This document shows positions 11,941 to 24,650 of a stretch of 64,000 nucleotides of DNA, in pieces. Both the position numbers and the translations under genes were made by a program. The notes below the pieces were generated by a model. That model did no database searches. It was not told the origin of the DNA and was given only the letters and a program-made list of their open reading frames with translations. Position 1 is the first letter of the stretch. Every line of letters starts with the position of its first letter. Origin of the DNA: Callorhinchus milii (lineage: Eukaryota); NCBI RefSeq assembly GCF_018977255.1, contig NW_024704742.1:115384001-115448000 (forward strand), in the 5' to 3' direction.

Positions 11941-13189
11941 GGGGATGGGTGGGGGGGGGAAGAAGAGAGCCACATCTGAGTGATTTAGGGGCTCTCTGAT
12001 GCTGCTGTTGGATTGGGAGCCCGCAGTGCACTTGCAATTTAGAGATAACCTTGGAAGAAACCTGTGAGAGGTGCAAGACAGCAGCGAGGGGTGTGGTGTG
12101 TGTGTGTATTTGTTTGTTTGTTTATTTATTTGTTGATAAGCTTCAGGTTCCTCGCATCCCCCTGATTTGACAGTGTGGATTTTTTTTTAAAACCACCAAA
12201 AAAATAAGTATAGCTTTGTAGCTGAGAGATATCACCCCCCAACTCCCCCACACACACACACACACACCACCACTCCCACTCCCTGCCTCTCCCAGTGTTA
12301 AATCGTCTGTGGTTCGGCTGCGGATCTAAAAGCCCCAATTGATGGCAATTCCGGACACTCCGGATCACTGGGTTATGGTGTTGGTTCTGACATGTGTTTG
12401 AGCAGGAGAGCGGCCAACAGTCCTGTGGGGCTGCAGAATATCTTCCGTTATTGATGCCGAAGCCCCTGTTGTCCCCAAACTTACGGAGAGGACAGGATTG
12501 CTGGAAAGAGTTAAATCCAATCGTTCGCTTTTATTTTCTTGTTGCAAAAAAAAACCCCCCACCACCTGTACAGCACAAAAATATTTTATATATATATATG
12601 TATATTTTTTGGTGGGAAGTGGGGGGTGAAATCAGCAATGAATCAGCATTGCCATATGGAACAATGAAAGCCCCCACCCCTCAGTTTGCAAGACACACAT
12701 TGTCTGGTGGGAGGGAGGGAGGGGTTATTGTTTGCAATAGCTGGGGGACGTGTAGAAGACGTTAGCACTGGTTGTTGTCGGTGGTTACACAGTTAGAAAT
12801 CTTACCCCCCCATTTTTTTTTGCAATCGTGTGTTTTTTTTTGCATTGATGCGTTCATTGTCTGAGCTGTGAGGGGTGGGGTGGGGGGGGGGGTGGGGGGG
12901 GAAGAGAGACGGAGAGAGATCCGCCAGTGCTGTGTGTGAATTGCACGACCCCCTTTTTAGCAAAGTAAAGGCGTTGTCCCTCGACTTGAGTTGATGGGTG
13001 TGGGGGGGGAAGAGAGAGAAACGCTCACTCCGATCGCAGTGCAAGCGCTTTAAAGCGCTTCTGAGCCTGGGGAGAGGAGAAGACGGAGGGGGGGGCGGGT
13101 TGGGGTAGAAACAAAAGCCCTGATGAGGGAGGGAGTGAGTGAGGAGCTGCACCTCTCTCTCTCTCTCTCCCCCTCAGTCACTCCCTCCC

Positions 13190-13360
13190 TCAGCCGCTCC
13201 TCATTCATTTGGCCGCCGGTGGGCGTGGCCCCGCGCGCTCTCCGCACTGCGGTCTCTACGGAAACTCCAGACGGACATCCAGACAAAGGGCGGGTCGGCG
13301 CGCTGCACTGCGCCTGCGCTGGCCCGCGGGGCCTTCTGGGAGCTGTAGTTCTTTTCTGTT
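13190..13360. promoter_or_regulatory. Intronic CpG-rich promoter-like module (Sp/KLF, NRF1, ZNF143 motifs)
   Basis: GGGCGTGGCC 13221-13230; GGGCGGG 13288-13294; TGCGCCTGCGCT 13309-13320; minus-strand AACTACAGCTCCCAGAAGGC 13331-13350; high CpG density. Confidence 0.6.
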
Positions 13361-14695
13361 GAGCCAGAACACAGACAAGACACAGACAGTGAGAGCATCA
13401 CAGCCCTTAAAGCTATGCTGCTCCCCCCATCCCCCCCATCCCCTCCCCCCCCCCCACACACAGACTCCCCCCAATATCCTTTTTCTTTTTAAAAAGAACA
13501 CAATAGATTTGAAATTGTTTCGTTCCAGATGAAGCGGCTGTACTCCTTAGTTTGAAATCCCTTATCGTGCGAGGGCGACGTCTTGCGTGCTGAATTTGGG
13601 TGGGGAGTCATTTTTTTTTATATAAAAGAAAAAGGCAGTTCGTTGCAGGATTTTTTTATTTTTTTTTATTTAAAAGCAAAATTCAAGCCGGGAAGACGAA
13701 TTGAATTTTTTTCACGGGTGGCTTTTGTACTCGCACAGGATATCTGCCGTCAATTCAATTCTCTAAAACCTGTCTGGTACCCGCCTATGATTTGGATGAA
13801 CTGGTACCATAGGAGCAAGGTCAATGTCACTGTAATGTGTAAATGTGGTACCTGGGAAAAAATTGTGATACGTTATCAAATCAAAAGAAAAAAGTGCATT
13901 GTGAATATGAATTCTTGTGATTTAATTCAACCCCCAGAGCTGCCAATATTAATTGGCGAGTACCTGTGGCTTTATCTTATTATACGGACCATATACTTGT
14001 AAATTTGTCAAAATTACACAAAGTAAATTACAACATCACCTTCATTACCCCTCCGTCTTTGAGTTCAACACAACAGTAGCAAATATGTTTTTAATAAACA
14101 CTGCAGTATTTATTTTCTTTAGTTTCTTTGGTTCTATGCCTCCTGGTGTATCTGGATGGGTGGGGCAATTAGAACAGCATATTTCTCCATAGCCAGTCAC
14201 CATTATTGTTGCTACTCCCTGCTCAGTCAATAGGGCTATGGCTGCGCAGAGGTTGAAATAAGTGTCTGGCTCTCTTCCCCCACCCTCTGCCAACAATTTA
14301 GATAAAAAGTTCCAATCGGTGACTTGACGGGAAACCTTTGTGGCTTGCAAGTGTCAAGGAGCAGTGTTCCTGAGACCAGAGAACAAGGCAGACATTTTGT
14401 TGTTATTAACTGTACAGTTAGTGCATAATAAGACATGTCGCCCATCAATCATGAGATGGAGCACATCGAGGCTGGGAAGCTATTGTAATTACATTAGGGA
14501 AAATGCACTGCATGAGGAACAGTTCTAAATGCCCTAGGGCAATTTTATTTATGATTTCTATATGAATTCCTGTTGCAGTATTAATATCACATTTTCATCA
14601 CTGGTGTTCCTCTGTAACAGGAAGCAAGTATTATGAAAACAATTTTTAATTTTGAACCTATTGTTTTCATGTTGCCTCGATTGTTCACCACATAT

Positions 14696-14885
14696 TAATA
14701 ATAATAATAATAATCCTTGCATTTGATATAGCGCTTTTCACATCTTCTAGACGTCCCAAAGCGCTTCACAGAATATACTGTAAGGTGAATTGATTGTATA
14801 TTTGTGGGCGAAACGTGGCAGCCAATTGCGCACAGCAGTGTCCCACAAACAGTCGTAGATTAAAATTGACCAATTTATTATTTTT
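14696..14885 (-). mobile_element. 5'-truncated SINE (young family)
   Basis: 3' body plus tail matching the family. Confidence 0.85.
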
Positions 14886-17007
14886 TTTAAAGATCTCCCT
14901 CCTTGAAATAAATACTTTGGCGTTGCATTAATGTATAATGTATTGAACATATAGTACAATCTGCCTCTTCCTAGTTCTTTTTTATTTCCACAATCTCAGT
15001 TTAGTGTCCTCTCCCAGTCCTGCATTTATAATGGAAGCAGGCTCAAGTGAAGATGGCTGAAAGGACTACAGCAATTTCAAAATAAACACCATACGCAACA
15101 TGTTGTTGGAACTGTGAATTAAATGATTGAGCAAAGAAAAGCCAAATAAAATTTCTATGAATTACAATGTTACATAAAATTGAATCATACTGGAGGCTTT
15201 TGTTTAAATAACCTGTGCATCTTTTGGTATTATGTGAGGTTGTCATTGGAATGCCAACCATTATTGATGTTTCTACGTTTTGAACATGCAATGGTTCAAC
15301 AGGCTTAGGAATGTGGCACATGGATACATCAAGTGGCTTGTGTTTGGTATTTGTGTAGATGAAATGCAGCAACCAGTTTTGGGAAAGTGACTGAAGCCAA
15401 CATTAGTTGGCCAGTGAACTGCTTCATGGTGTGAGCTAAGAAGGCATCAGCTTTGGGGGAGTAATGAGAGCCAACTGGGGTGGGCACATAAACAGAAAAG
15501 TCATAGAGATAACCTAATGGGTGCCAGCTTTGACTGCAAAGTACTTGCCTTTGGGTGACCCACCCTTTTCACTGCAGTAATTTGAATTAGGAATTGGAAT
15601 GATGCCTAGTATCTGCCTGAACAGCTGCATGAAGCGCTTTGAGATGTCCTCCTGACATGAAAAGTGCTGTATAAATGTAAATTGTATTATATTGCTAAAT
15701 CATTAATATACTTCTGCTACTGCTTAAATAGCTTTAAAAAAAGAACAAATGTGAGTGGTGAGTTTGACTTTAAAGTGTACCTTGGCTTAATGGTTTAGGT
15801 TTTATTGACTTATTACACAGTTTATTTGGCTCTTGCAGCTATCAAAACATCAATTGGAGGCAAGTTTAACTGTGACTTGACCACTCAGGGGCCCAATGGG
15901 CAGACATGAATATTTTTTCTGTATCCATGTCTGAATTGGAATGTCCTTCCTCCAAGAACATTCCTGGAAAACTGATGAGCACAAAAAGAAATTGGGCAGA
16001 AATAAAAAAAAATATTTAGCAGGCGTGTGACTATTTTAATAAGACAACATTCAGAACAACAATGATAAAACATTACATCTGAATAGCGCCTTTCACGTCA
16101 GGAGGACATCCTAAGGCGCTGGACAGTCAGGGATCTACAATTATTAATTATTAATCTATAATATCCTTCTGCAATTACTTGATTCTAATAAAGAAACTAA
16201 TGCAAAGAGAATTTAATTTGGTTGCTGAATGCAGGCTGCTGTATTGTGTGAAAGGATTCTTCGTTGTATTCCACAAGGACAGATGTGTTGATCAGATTAT
16301 TGACTTTCTCTTTCGTACCTGGCAGCCATATCTTAGCGGCTTGTGGCAGCAGGAGTCGACGTAATTTTTTCCTTATGGTCTATTGTTCAATGAGTCCAAG
16401 AGCTTTTAAATCTATAAAGTGCTGGGCATTCATTACAAATGAGGAGATTTCAATCCTAAAGCTATTTGGGGGACATTGCAGAGCACAAATTAGCTTCTGT
16501 GTTTGCCCACAAATGCACAGTCGTTATACTTACAGTATTACTGTGAAATGTTTTGAGGAATGTCAATGACATGATGAGGCACTACACCAAATGCAAGAAT
16601 TATTATTAATCTATAATATCCTTGTATTTAGTAATGTGTCTTACAACATCGACCCATACTCTAGTTGAAGAAAAATAGAATTAAATGCTTTGAAGAGAGG
16701 AGCAATTACAATTGGTGAGGGAGATAATTTGATTTGTCTTCATGGTGTGGGATAGTGGCTAATAATGGTCATTAACTACTGAGCTACTGTGTCCATGAGA
16801 ATAGCTTAATATGAGTCATCACTCATGGAGTTACTGACTGAGATTAGAAATCGGCTGAGACAATGGTTATATCATTGACTTGACCCTGTTTCAGCAATAT
16901 ATTGCTGAGTTGGTTGTGCCTCTTTCACTGGAATTAGTTGCTTTTGGAGAAAACATTTAGTAGATGTGCTTCAAAATCAAGTTGCTACATGGTATTTTAA
17001 AAAAAAA

Positions 17008-17610
17008 TGTTTTGGTCAGCTGGGTGTCTGACACATACGGAAACCCATCACCATGCTTAAGAGTATCCAAACCAAACCGATATTTCCATGCATCCCAGCT
17101 ACACGGAAAATCTCAGAGATAGATTTTTGGAATGGAATGCGCACTCTCTCCCTGGAAGTATGCATCCTGTTTACCTAATGCTGGAAAGTATTAGGTGCAG
17201 GTTAGTAAGGGCCAAGGATGGGGACCCCAGAGTGTGCGTTGGGATAACTGCTAGAGACTAACCAGCTAATAGCGCAGAGCTTGCCATTGATATTGTTGTC
17301 TGGCAAGCTTTCCCGCTGCTTGTTCAGCTCGGATCACCCTACCCTACTTAGGGCTTTGGCTTGCAGGGTTAACAGCAGCTGAGTGGGATGACTCCCTGCC
17401 CCCAGTGACTGGTCTGCCCTTCCAGATCCTGCTGATGAGTCAGGCTGGCTGTGCTGCCATAAGCAGTGCCCTGGAATACTGTGGAACCGCCTGACTCAGG
17501 AACCATGCTTCCAAGGGCTGGCTCGATTCCGACATTCCATCGCCAGGCATGTCACCTTGGAGCCAGTTCAGCTGCAATGGGTCCCGCTTACCCTCCCGCC
17601 CCAGGAGGGG
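17008..17610 (-). mobile_element. Unclassified ~600-bp A-tailed repeat
   Basis: Collinear similarity to 18945-19565, 9178-10210, 24385-24650, 42230-42386 and 55125-55645. Confidence 0.8.
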
Positions 17611-17768
17611 TGGAGGGAGGTTTTTGTTTTGCATATTATAGTTGGTGGAGCGGTGTGACTTTATCGAAGATTGTATTCCTAGTTAGCAGCATTTCAAAAA
17701 TGCCATTTACAATGGACTCTTAGTAACTGTCGAGAGGTATAATCCTGTGCCAATGCTTTTATTTCTAG

Positions 17769-17870
17769 GTATCCGCTCCTGGGACACAGACTTGATAGCC
17801 TGCAACCTGGACCAAGAACTCAAGCTCTTTGTATCACGTCATTCAGCTAGATTTTCAGCAGACGTTAGAG
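17769..17870 (+). CDS. MAP1B: MAP1B coding exon 2 (102 nt)
   Basis: Acceptor CTTTATTTCTAG| and donor GAG|GTAAGG. In frame with exon 1: (G)IRSWDTDLIACNLDQELKLFVSRHSARFSADVR(G), versus recalled MAP1B GIRSWDTNLIECNLDQELKLFVSRHSARFSPEVPG. Confidence 0.97.
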
Positions 17871-18944
17871 GTAAGGCTCCCCAAAATGCTATGAATTCTA
17901 ATAATGTATGAGTTATTAGTTTTTTGTACTGTAAATAATTATCATATTTAATGTGGTGGTGACATTGCACAAAATAGCTCTCTTTCTACTTGCTAGTTCA
18001 TTTAATGCAGTCACTAGTAAAGACACTATGTATAGCACTTTAGCACTATACATTGCCCAAATTGTTACATTAAGCTCTTATTCTAACATGCTTAAGTATG
18101 ATTCAATTGTATGTTTGAGATGTACAGTGAATATGTGATGGTAATGAGATTAAATAAATTACCCTAGTGTCAGATCAGATCTCTTCCATCCTAATGAAGC
18201 TGTGAGTTGTATTGATATTTTACAGATCTGAGGTTCAGTTCCTATCAATTTAATATTTTTCTTATTCTCCCATTTTTCTCTGATCACACATTTTAATTTC
18301 AGCATCACACATTCCTTATTTAACAGTTACTGTAATACGTTGTTGCAGTTAGTTATTGTATGAGGCAGTTGGCGAATTATAAAAACAATGGAACTTATTT
18401 GATACCTTACGTAGGAGATGGCAATGTTTATGTCCGAAAGTGCCCTTCAAAAGAACACGTATTGCCTGTGATGGCACGTGGGGCTACCTGGCCCCAGGAA
18501 TATTGGTCATAGCCATCCCATTGTCTGGCACTGGAACACATTATTCCAGTTTTGCCACTGCAATACATCACGCCAGATTACAAATTTATCATGTTTAAAA
18601 TCTTCTGGAACATTTTAATGGAGCAAACAGAATACACGGCAGGTAAGAGTAAAATGCAGTGTGGCCGTCATGACCTAAACAGTTGCTGACCTTGGTGCTG
18701 ATAGGTTAAGGGGTTTGGTTTTAACCAGTATTTTACATATTCTCACGGTCAGCAACCATGTGTCCTTTCCAGTCTCATTTTGTTCTATAATGTAACCTGT
18801 GAAATATCCTTTCAGTTTTACAGCATCTCTTGCGAAAAATAACCTGTTTTCTTAATGAATTAAACTGTTGTGAATCACACATTGGATAGTATTAGTGTTA
18901 TTTACCTGAAACGGTCAATGAGTAAAACAAACCTGCATGGCTTT

Positions 18945-19565
18945 GTCTTTTGATCAGTTGGTTGCTTGACACTTGTGGAAACCCATCACCATGCTTACGA
19001 GAATCCAAACCAAACTGAGACTTCCATGCATCCCACCTATCCCTGGAAATCCCAGAGATATCTATTGAAATGGAATGGGCACTCTCTTCTTGAGGGATGC
19101 ATCCTATTTACTTAATTCCAGAGAGTTAGGTGCAGGTTGGCAAGGGCCCAGGCTTGGGGACCCTAGAATGTGCATTGGAGTACTGCTGGAGTCTAACCAG
19201 CTAAAACGGCATAGCTTACCATTGAAAGCGCTGTTTGGCAAGCATTACCACTGCTTGTCCATCTAGGACCACGCTACCCATTAGGGTTTGACTTGCAGGG
19301 TTAACAGGATCTGAGTGGGAAGAGTTCTGGCCCTCAATGACTGGTCTGCTCTTCCAAGTCCTGCCAATGAACCAACTGGCTGTGCTGTCATCAGCAGTGG
19401 CCTGAAGTATTGTGGACCTACTTAGCTCAGGAACTAGACTAGTGAGATGGCCACAGAGGGTGGGCTTGATTTTGACTTTCCATTGACAAATGAGTCGCCT
19501 TGGAATCCGTCATCTCCTGCTTATCTGCCCACCCCCTTCCCAGAGGCTGGTCACTATTCGGTCAT
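18945..19565 (-). mobile_element. Unclassified ~600-bp A-tailed repeat
   Basis: Shared GGAAACCCATCACCATGCTTA..ATCCAAACC and TAGGG..TTGCAGGGTTAACAG blocks. Confidence 0.8.
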
Positions 19566-20664
19566 TCGCAATCAACAAGTATAAAAATTTGGACAAAAAA
19601 AATGTCCATTGTTACCAAGCCATATTAATATGTTTGAACACTCCTTTCAGTATGCAAAATATGGACTATGAAAGTTTTTGCATGAGTGGAATAAATACAA
19701 CACACTATAAATTTACATTTATATAGCGCCCGTTATGTCAAGAGGATATTCCAAAGCATTTGATGCTGCTGCCTGAGCACCTGGGGAGGGGGGGAGAAGA
19801 GAAAGATGACTGAAAGCCTAGTCGAAGAGAGAGGAATTGAGATAGACCTTGAACAAAGGGAGGGAGGGGAAGAGTTGTAAGGACTCTCAGATGGAGTTCC
19901 AGAGAACTGGATGGATTGTCCCCACACACTTACTATATTACTATAGTATAGTACTATATTCTCTTAAAGGGCTGGTTGAATCTCAATCATCGAACTAGAA
20001 CCAAAATTCAATTTTCCAAAGAAATTGGGACAATCTGTATTGATTTGGAATTGCAGTTTCACTTAACACTTCCTTAGTTTTTGCCACAGACAGTTCTTTA
20101 ATATTTGGCATGGTTACAAAATGTGATTCATAGTTCTAAAACCATTAAAAATAAATCTGTCACCAATATCCTCACAAATGTAGTTTGACAATGGAATTAG
20201 TAGTGAACTCTTCTGTTACCCCATTATTGCCAGTCTAGACACTACCCTTGGTTGGCTTGCTCTTCCATACAGCAGGCCACAACACCAACTTGCATTTCTA
20301 TAACACATGATTGCATCCGATTGTCGCACAGTGGCAGGGTTGGATGTAAGGTGAAACTCCTCTGGAGGCAGCCCCTGGCAATGACTTGTACATTTTCTCC
20401 CTCCTCCTTTCCTCCTCCAGTAGGGAAAGTGCCTGGCCTTTACTCAGTTGCCTACACCCACACGGTTAGGATTGGGGACTCACTGAATTGAGAGACCTTC
20501 ACGCTTCCTCCCACTGCTTGATGGTGCTGTCTGTTGGTGCTACAATGGGCACTGTCTCCCATATAACATTTATATAAAAAAATCAAGAACGTGACTTTTT
20601 CCTGCTATTCTCTGTAAAGATCTTAATACTTCATCTCTTATGTGCTAAATTATTAGGTGCTTTT

Positions 20665-20800
20665 AATAATAATAATAATCCTTGCATTTGATATAGCGTT
20701 TTTCACGTCTTCGAGATGTCTCAAAGCGCTTCACAGAATATACTGTAAAGTGAATTGACCGTATATTTGTGGGCGAAATGTGGCAGCCAATTGCGCACAG
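20665..20800 (-). mobile_element. 5'-truncated SINE
   Basis: Family 3' end with (ATT)n tail. Confidence 0.8.
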
Positions 20801-22189
20801 AATGTGAGGTGTAGCTATGTTTCTGCATATGGACTAAAGTGTTAAGCATAAACGTGGTTCTGGAGCAGAGAAGGTGGAAATGGCACTTAATTGATTTAAA
20901 TTTTACAGCAGAATGGGGAGGGGAGGAAATGCATTTAATGTGCTGTGAGTCATCTTACAGACAATGTGACTTTCAACGCAGAGCCTGAAAACTGCGCATT
21001 GCAGTAAATAACAGTGGTACAGAGGAGTACTATATCCTGTGCCAGTGATTCTGTCTTGTACACCTCAATACAGGAGGGCAAATTCTCAATTGATTTATAG
21101 TCTTAGGTCATTTAACATCTCCTAACATAAAACCATTTTTGAAAAAAAATGTAATGCTTGCTGATTTACAATGATCCCGAGTGTAAAATATATTGCAATG
21201 ATTTTGTGTCTCTCGCATGAGTAATGAATTGAAATTGTCTGTGTGGTTGGGAATGTTAGTGGTTTCAAAGCTGTGTTCAAGATGGTGTTGCTGCGATTAA
21301 CTCTGCTTCCTCAGAGAAGGAACTGTGCAAAGCATTTTTGATCACTGACTGCCTGTAATAAATTCAGTTTCAATCTGAAAGTTGGAAGAGAAATGTAGTC
21401 AGAAAAAAAAGTGCATCGATATTGCATTGACAGTCACTTCCTGGATCTGGTCAATTAAACCCAATCTTGTAAAATAAAAGTTGGATTCTGAACATGTAGA
21501 CCAACGCCAAGTAATTTCATTGGATTCCACAATCACACTCATTGTCTTTAAGTTTCCATATTGGGAAATTTCATGATGATCTCGATTCCTTATTTGTATT
21601 TAACTCTGTTATAAATCTTCCAGTTTCCTGGCTGGCTTTATTGCATTTTCTTGTGGCTTTCGTGCGCTCAGTTTAGATTGTTTTTCTTCCAACTTTCTTG
21701 CTTCAATGATATGCTGTAAGTGATCACTCGACTGGGCCTACAAAATAATATTTAATAATCCTTGGAATGTTTTTTGATATTGCTCCTTATCATGCTGTTG
21801 AGACGTCTCAAAGCTAATATTCCAGGGTGTTGCTTTTCATTATGAAGGAGTGTGCTGGCTATCTATTAACAGATGGAATGTACATTTTTCAGGAATTTAT
21901 CTTGATTGCTCTAAGGCATTACTTAACACGATCGTGGATTTTGATACAAAGCAGTCCTGCCTGTTCTTTGGAAGTTCAATTCTTACAGTAAATTTTATTT
22001 TAAAAAAAATTAAACTAGTAATCTAATGAATATCTTAAGAGTCATGACTTCCCTGTACTGTAAATATTCTTCATAATTGAAGGAAGTTGTAACACTTTCC
22101 TTTCACATAAACACTTTATAAAAAAAACTTGTGAAATTCTAATCCATAGATTTACATGGCTTGTTTCTGTGCTGTACAATCTATTTGGC

Positions 22190-22520
22190 CCAACTAGTCT
22201 GTGTCAGTGTTTATGCTCCACATGAGTCTCCACCCACCAAATACTCTTTCCCATACCTTTCTAATCCCTTCTCCCTGATGTGTATATCTAGCTTCCTCTT
22301 TAAAGCACTATACTATTTAATTTCAGGCACCACATTCTCACAAACCACTGCATTGAAGTAGTTTTGCCTAAAGTTTTTTTGGATTCCCCCAGTTACTATC
22401 TTACACTTGTGTCCCCTGATTACAGTCTTCCCAACAAGTGGGAATTGACTTTACGATAACCTTGTTGAACCCTTTTATAATTTTGCACACTTCTATTAAA
22501 CATCTCTTCAGTAGTGAAAA
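22190..22520 (-). mobile_element. CR1-type LINE 3' fragment
   Basis: Reverse strand shows degenerate CR1 ORF2-end wording (ACAAGGTTATC..TTCCCACTTGTTGGGAAGACTGTAATCAGGGGACACAA..GTTTGTGAGAATGTGG). Confidence 0.6.
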
Positions 22521-22619
22521 AAATATCATGGTAAATTATTTTCCATAAAGGTTTAATTACCAAATGGCTAGGGTTAAAGGTTAATGCACTAACCAATTTA
22601 TATTATATATGTTGGTAAT

Positions 22620-22900
22620 TCCAGTGCCCATGTGGTTAATTGCACCACTTGGACCAGCAGGAAGCAGCAGTTTGATCCTTAGTCCTCTGTTAGCTGGTTC
22701 TCAGTACGGGTGTTACTATTGGTCTCTGTGCCTGGTTTGAGAGAAAGGCCTCTGATGGTTTCTTTCACTGACTTCTATCCCGACACCACTGCTGACAAGT
22801 AGATATTGAATGAGGATGGGATTAGTCTTGACTGCGATGCTCCCTACAGCCTGTATCACTTATTTTCTAAGCTCGCACATGAAGAACTAGCTGTACCCAT
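22620..22900 (+). mobile_element. Old, diverged third SINE-like family (other copies ~28585-28900 -, 31060-31340 -, 40670-40820 -, 46120-46400 -, 47060-47230 +, 62905-63035 +)
   Basis: Mutually similar degenerate blocks, e.g. GTTAGCTG.TCTCAG, CTATCC.G..ACC.CTGCTG, GCTC.CACATGAAGAA. Confidence 0.45.
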
Positions 22901-24384
22901 TGCAGCTTTGCTTGCAACCAAACAATGCGATATGGAATGTAGATTGACAGACACCACATATATATGTTCATCTGGGAGGACTTCAGTGGGAGGACTCGGC
23001 GCTTTAAAATATAATTTTGTTGTAGTTGTTGCTGCGGCTTAGTTTTATCTGTGTTCTTTATTTTGTTCCTGCCACTTGGCTACGTACGTGCTCTGGAACG
23101 CAGGATGCCACAGTGCCACGGTCAGCCGCCGTGGCTACCAGGGTTAACTGCAGTGCATGGGTACATACGTAGGTGCTCTGTGAAGCACGATACCACAGCA
23201 GCACTTTAACTCGGCGGCCACCAGGTGTAACTGCAGCAAAACACGCAAAACTGAAAGTAATGTGTGAACGATAGGAGGCACCCAAAAACAAATATGCCCA
23301 TGTCACTCCTAGGTGCAAGATCTTTCTGATGAGGTATAAATCATGTCTCTACGTCAATTGATTATTGAGATCCTTCTTGAAGTGCAGACAGACATTGTCA
23401 TTTTATTAATGAAGAAGGGGATAGATAGTGACTTGGTTGAGTTGCTATAGAGTGATCTGTGAAAATGATACTGTATCTATTTTTGAAATGCACACCAGTA
23501 AAAGTAGGAGTCTACTATCAGCTCAATATCAGGGGAAATAGAGAATGGAAAAGAGATGCATCTTTCCCTATAGGGAGGGAGAAAGTCTGAGATGAGTGTC
23601 ATGCCCCCATTACGTTTCTGCCCCTACTAATGGCCTATCTTGTCAATGGTATTGACAGCCCTGGGCCATTTGTCAGCTATCTTAATTATGAAATGAGATG
23701 TGGCAACAAGACAACGCAAAAGCAATGAAGAAAATACAAAATTGGGAAAAATCTGAAAACTTTAAACAAGGGCAAGAATGAGGAAATGTTCATTTCTGTG
23801 CATCAAGTGCCAGACAAGAGTTTTATTTCTATGTGTGATTTGAATAATGTTGGGTTTTATTATCATTTATATTTTGGGGTTTGTTACTGAAAAAAATGTT
23901 GCCAGTTATTCTTAACAAATCTATGAAGTGATATGAGCAGAGCATAGTGTGATAAGAGCTTGGTTATTTCAGTGCATAATGTGTTATATCAGCTGACAAC
24001 CAGTGACAAATTATTCCATCAGTTCTGCTGTCACTCACTTTGGAATGCACATAGCAAGCATTACAGAAGCTGACCTGATGTGCAGTCAAGGAAGGAAGGG
24101 CAACATTCTTCAGTTAGGAGGCACTTAAAGGTTGGACCACTTTGGCTAATAGCATCTTGTATTATCATTTCCAGTTTCTGATATCTAGCTCGCACTATTT
24201 TACTATAAAAGCTTGGAGCATTTTTTAATATTTCTTGATTCACACTAAGCCTATCAGTATGGCTGTTTTGATCTGGAATCAATTAATTCTTTCCACCAGG
24301 TATCCCACCTCCTCTCTTGAAGGTCCTGTCTATACAATTCATAGCAACTGGCAGCTGTTCATTAGCTTGCCAAATGAGTTTTTT

Positions 24385-24650
24385 TTTAAAATTAGCCAGG
24401 TATCTAACCTATGTAGAAAACTACCACCATGCTTAAGAGTATCCACACCAGAATGGGAATTACACATATACATACCACCTCCACCAATGACTTGATGTCT
24501 GGAAAGGAATGTACATTCTCTACCTAGCGGGAAGCATTCTTCTTTCCTAATTCTGGGGAGTATTAAGCGCAGATTATCTGGTGCGCATAATACTCCCCAG
24601 TATTAGGTAAGAAGCCAAGCCAAACTTAAGCCAAGTCTTGGAGCCCAAAC
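24385..24650 (-). mobile_element. Truncated copy of the ~600-bp repeat with internal inverted duplication
   Basis: CCACCATGCTTAAGAGTATCCA block; hairpin at 24546-24607. Confidence 0.65.

Noticed and set aside
16891..16908. Perfect 18-bp palindrome TCAGCAATATATTGCTGA
   Set aside because: One 9-bp-arm palindrome in 64 kb of AT-rich DNA is within chance expectation.
17428..17490. Hammerhead core CTGATGAG in the ~600-bp repeat
   Set aside because: No stem II/GAAA partner, and the motif is absent from sibling copies.
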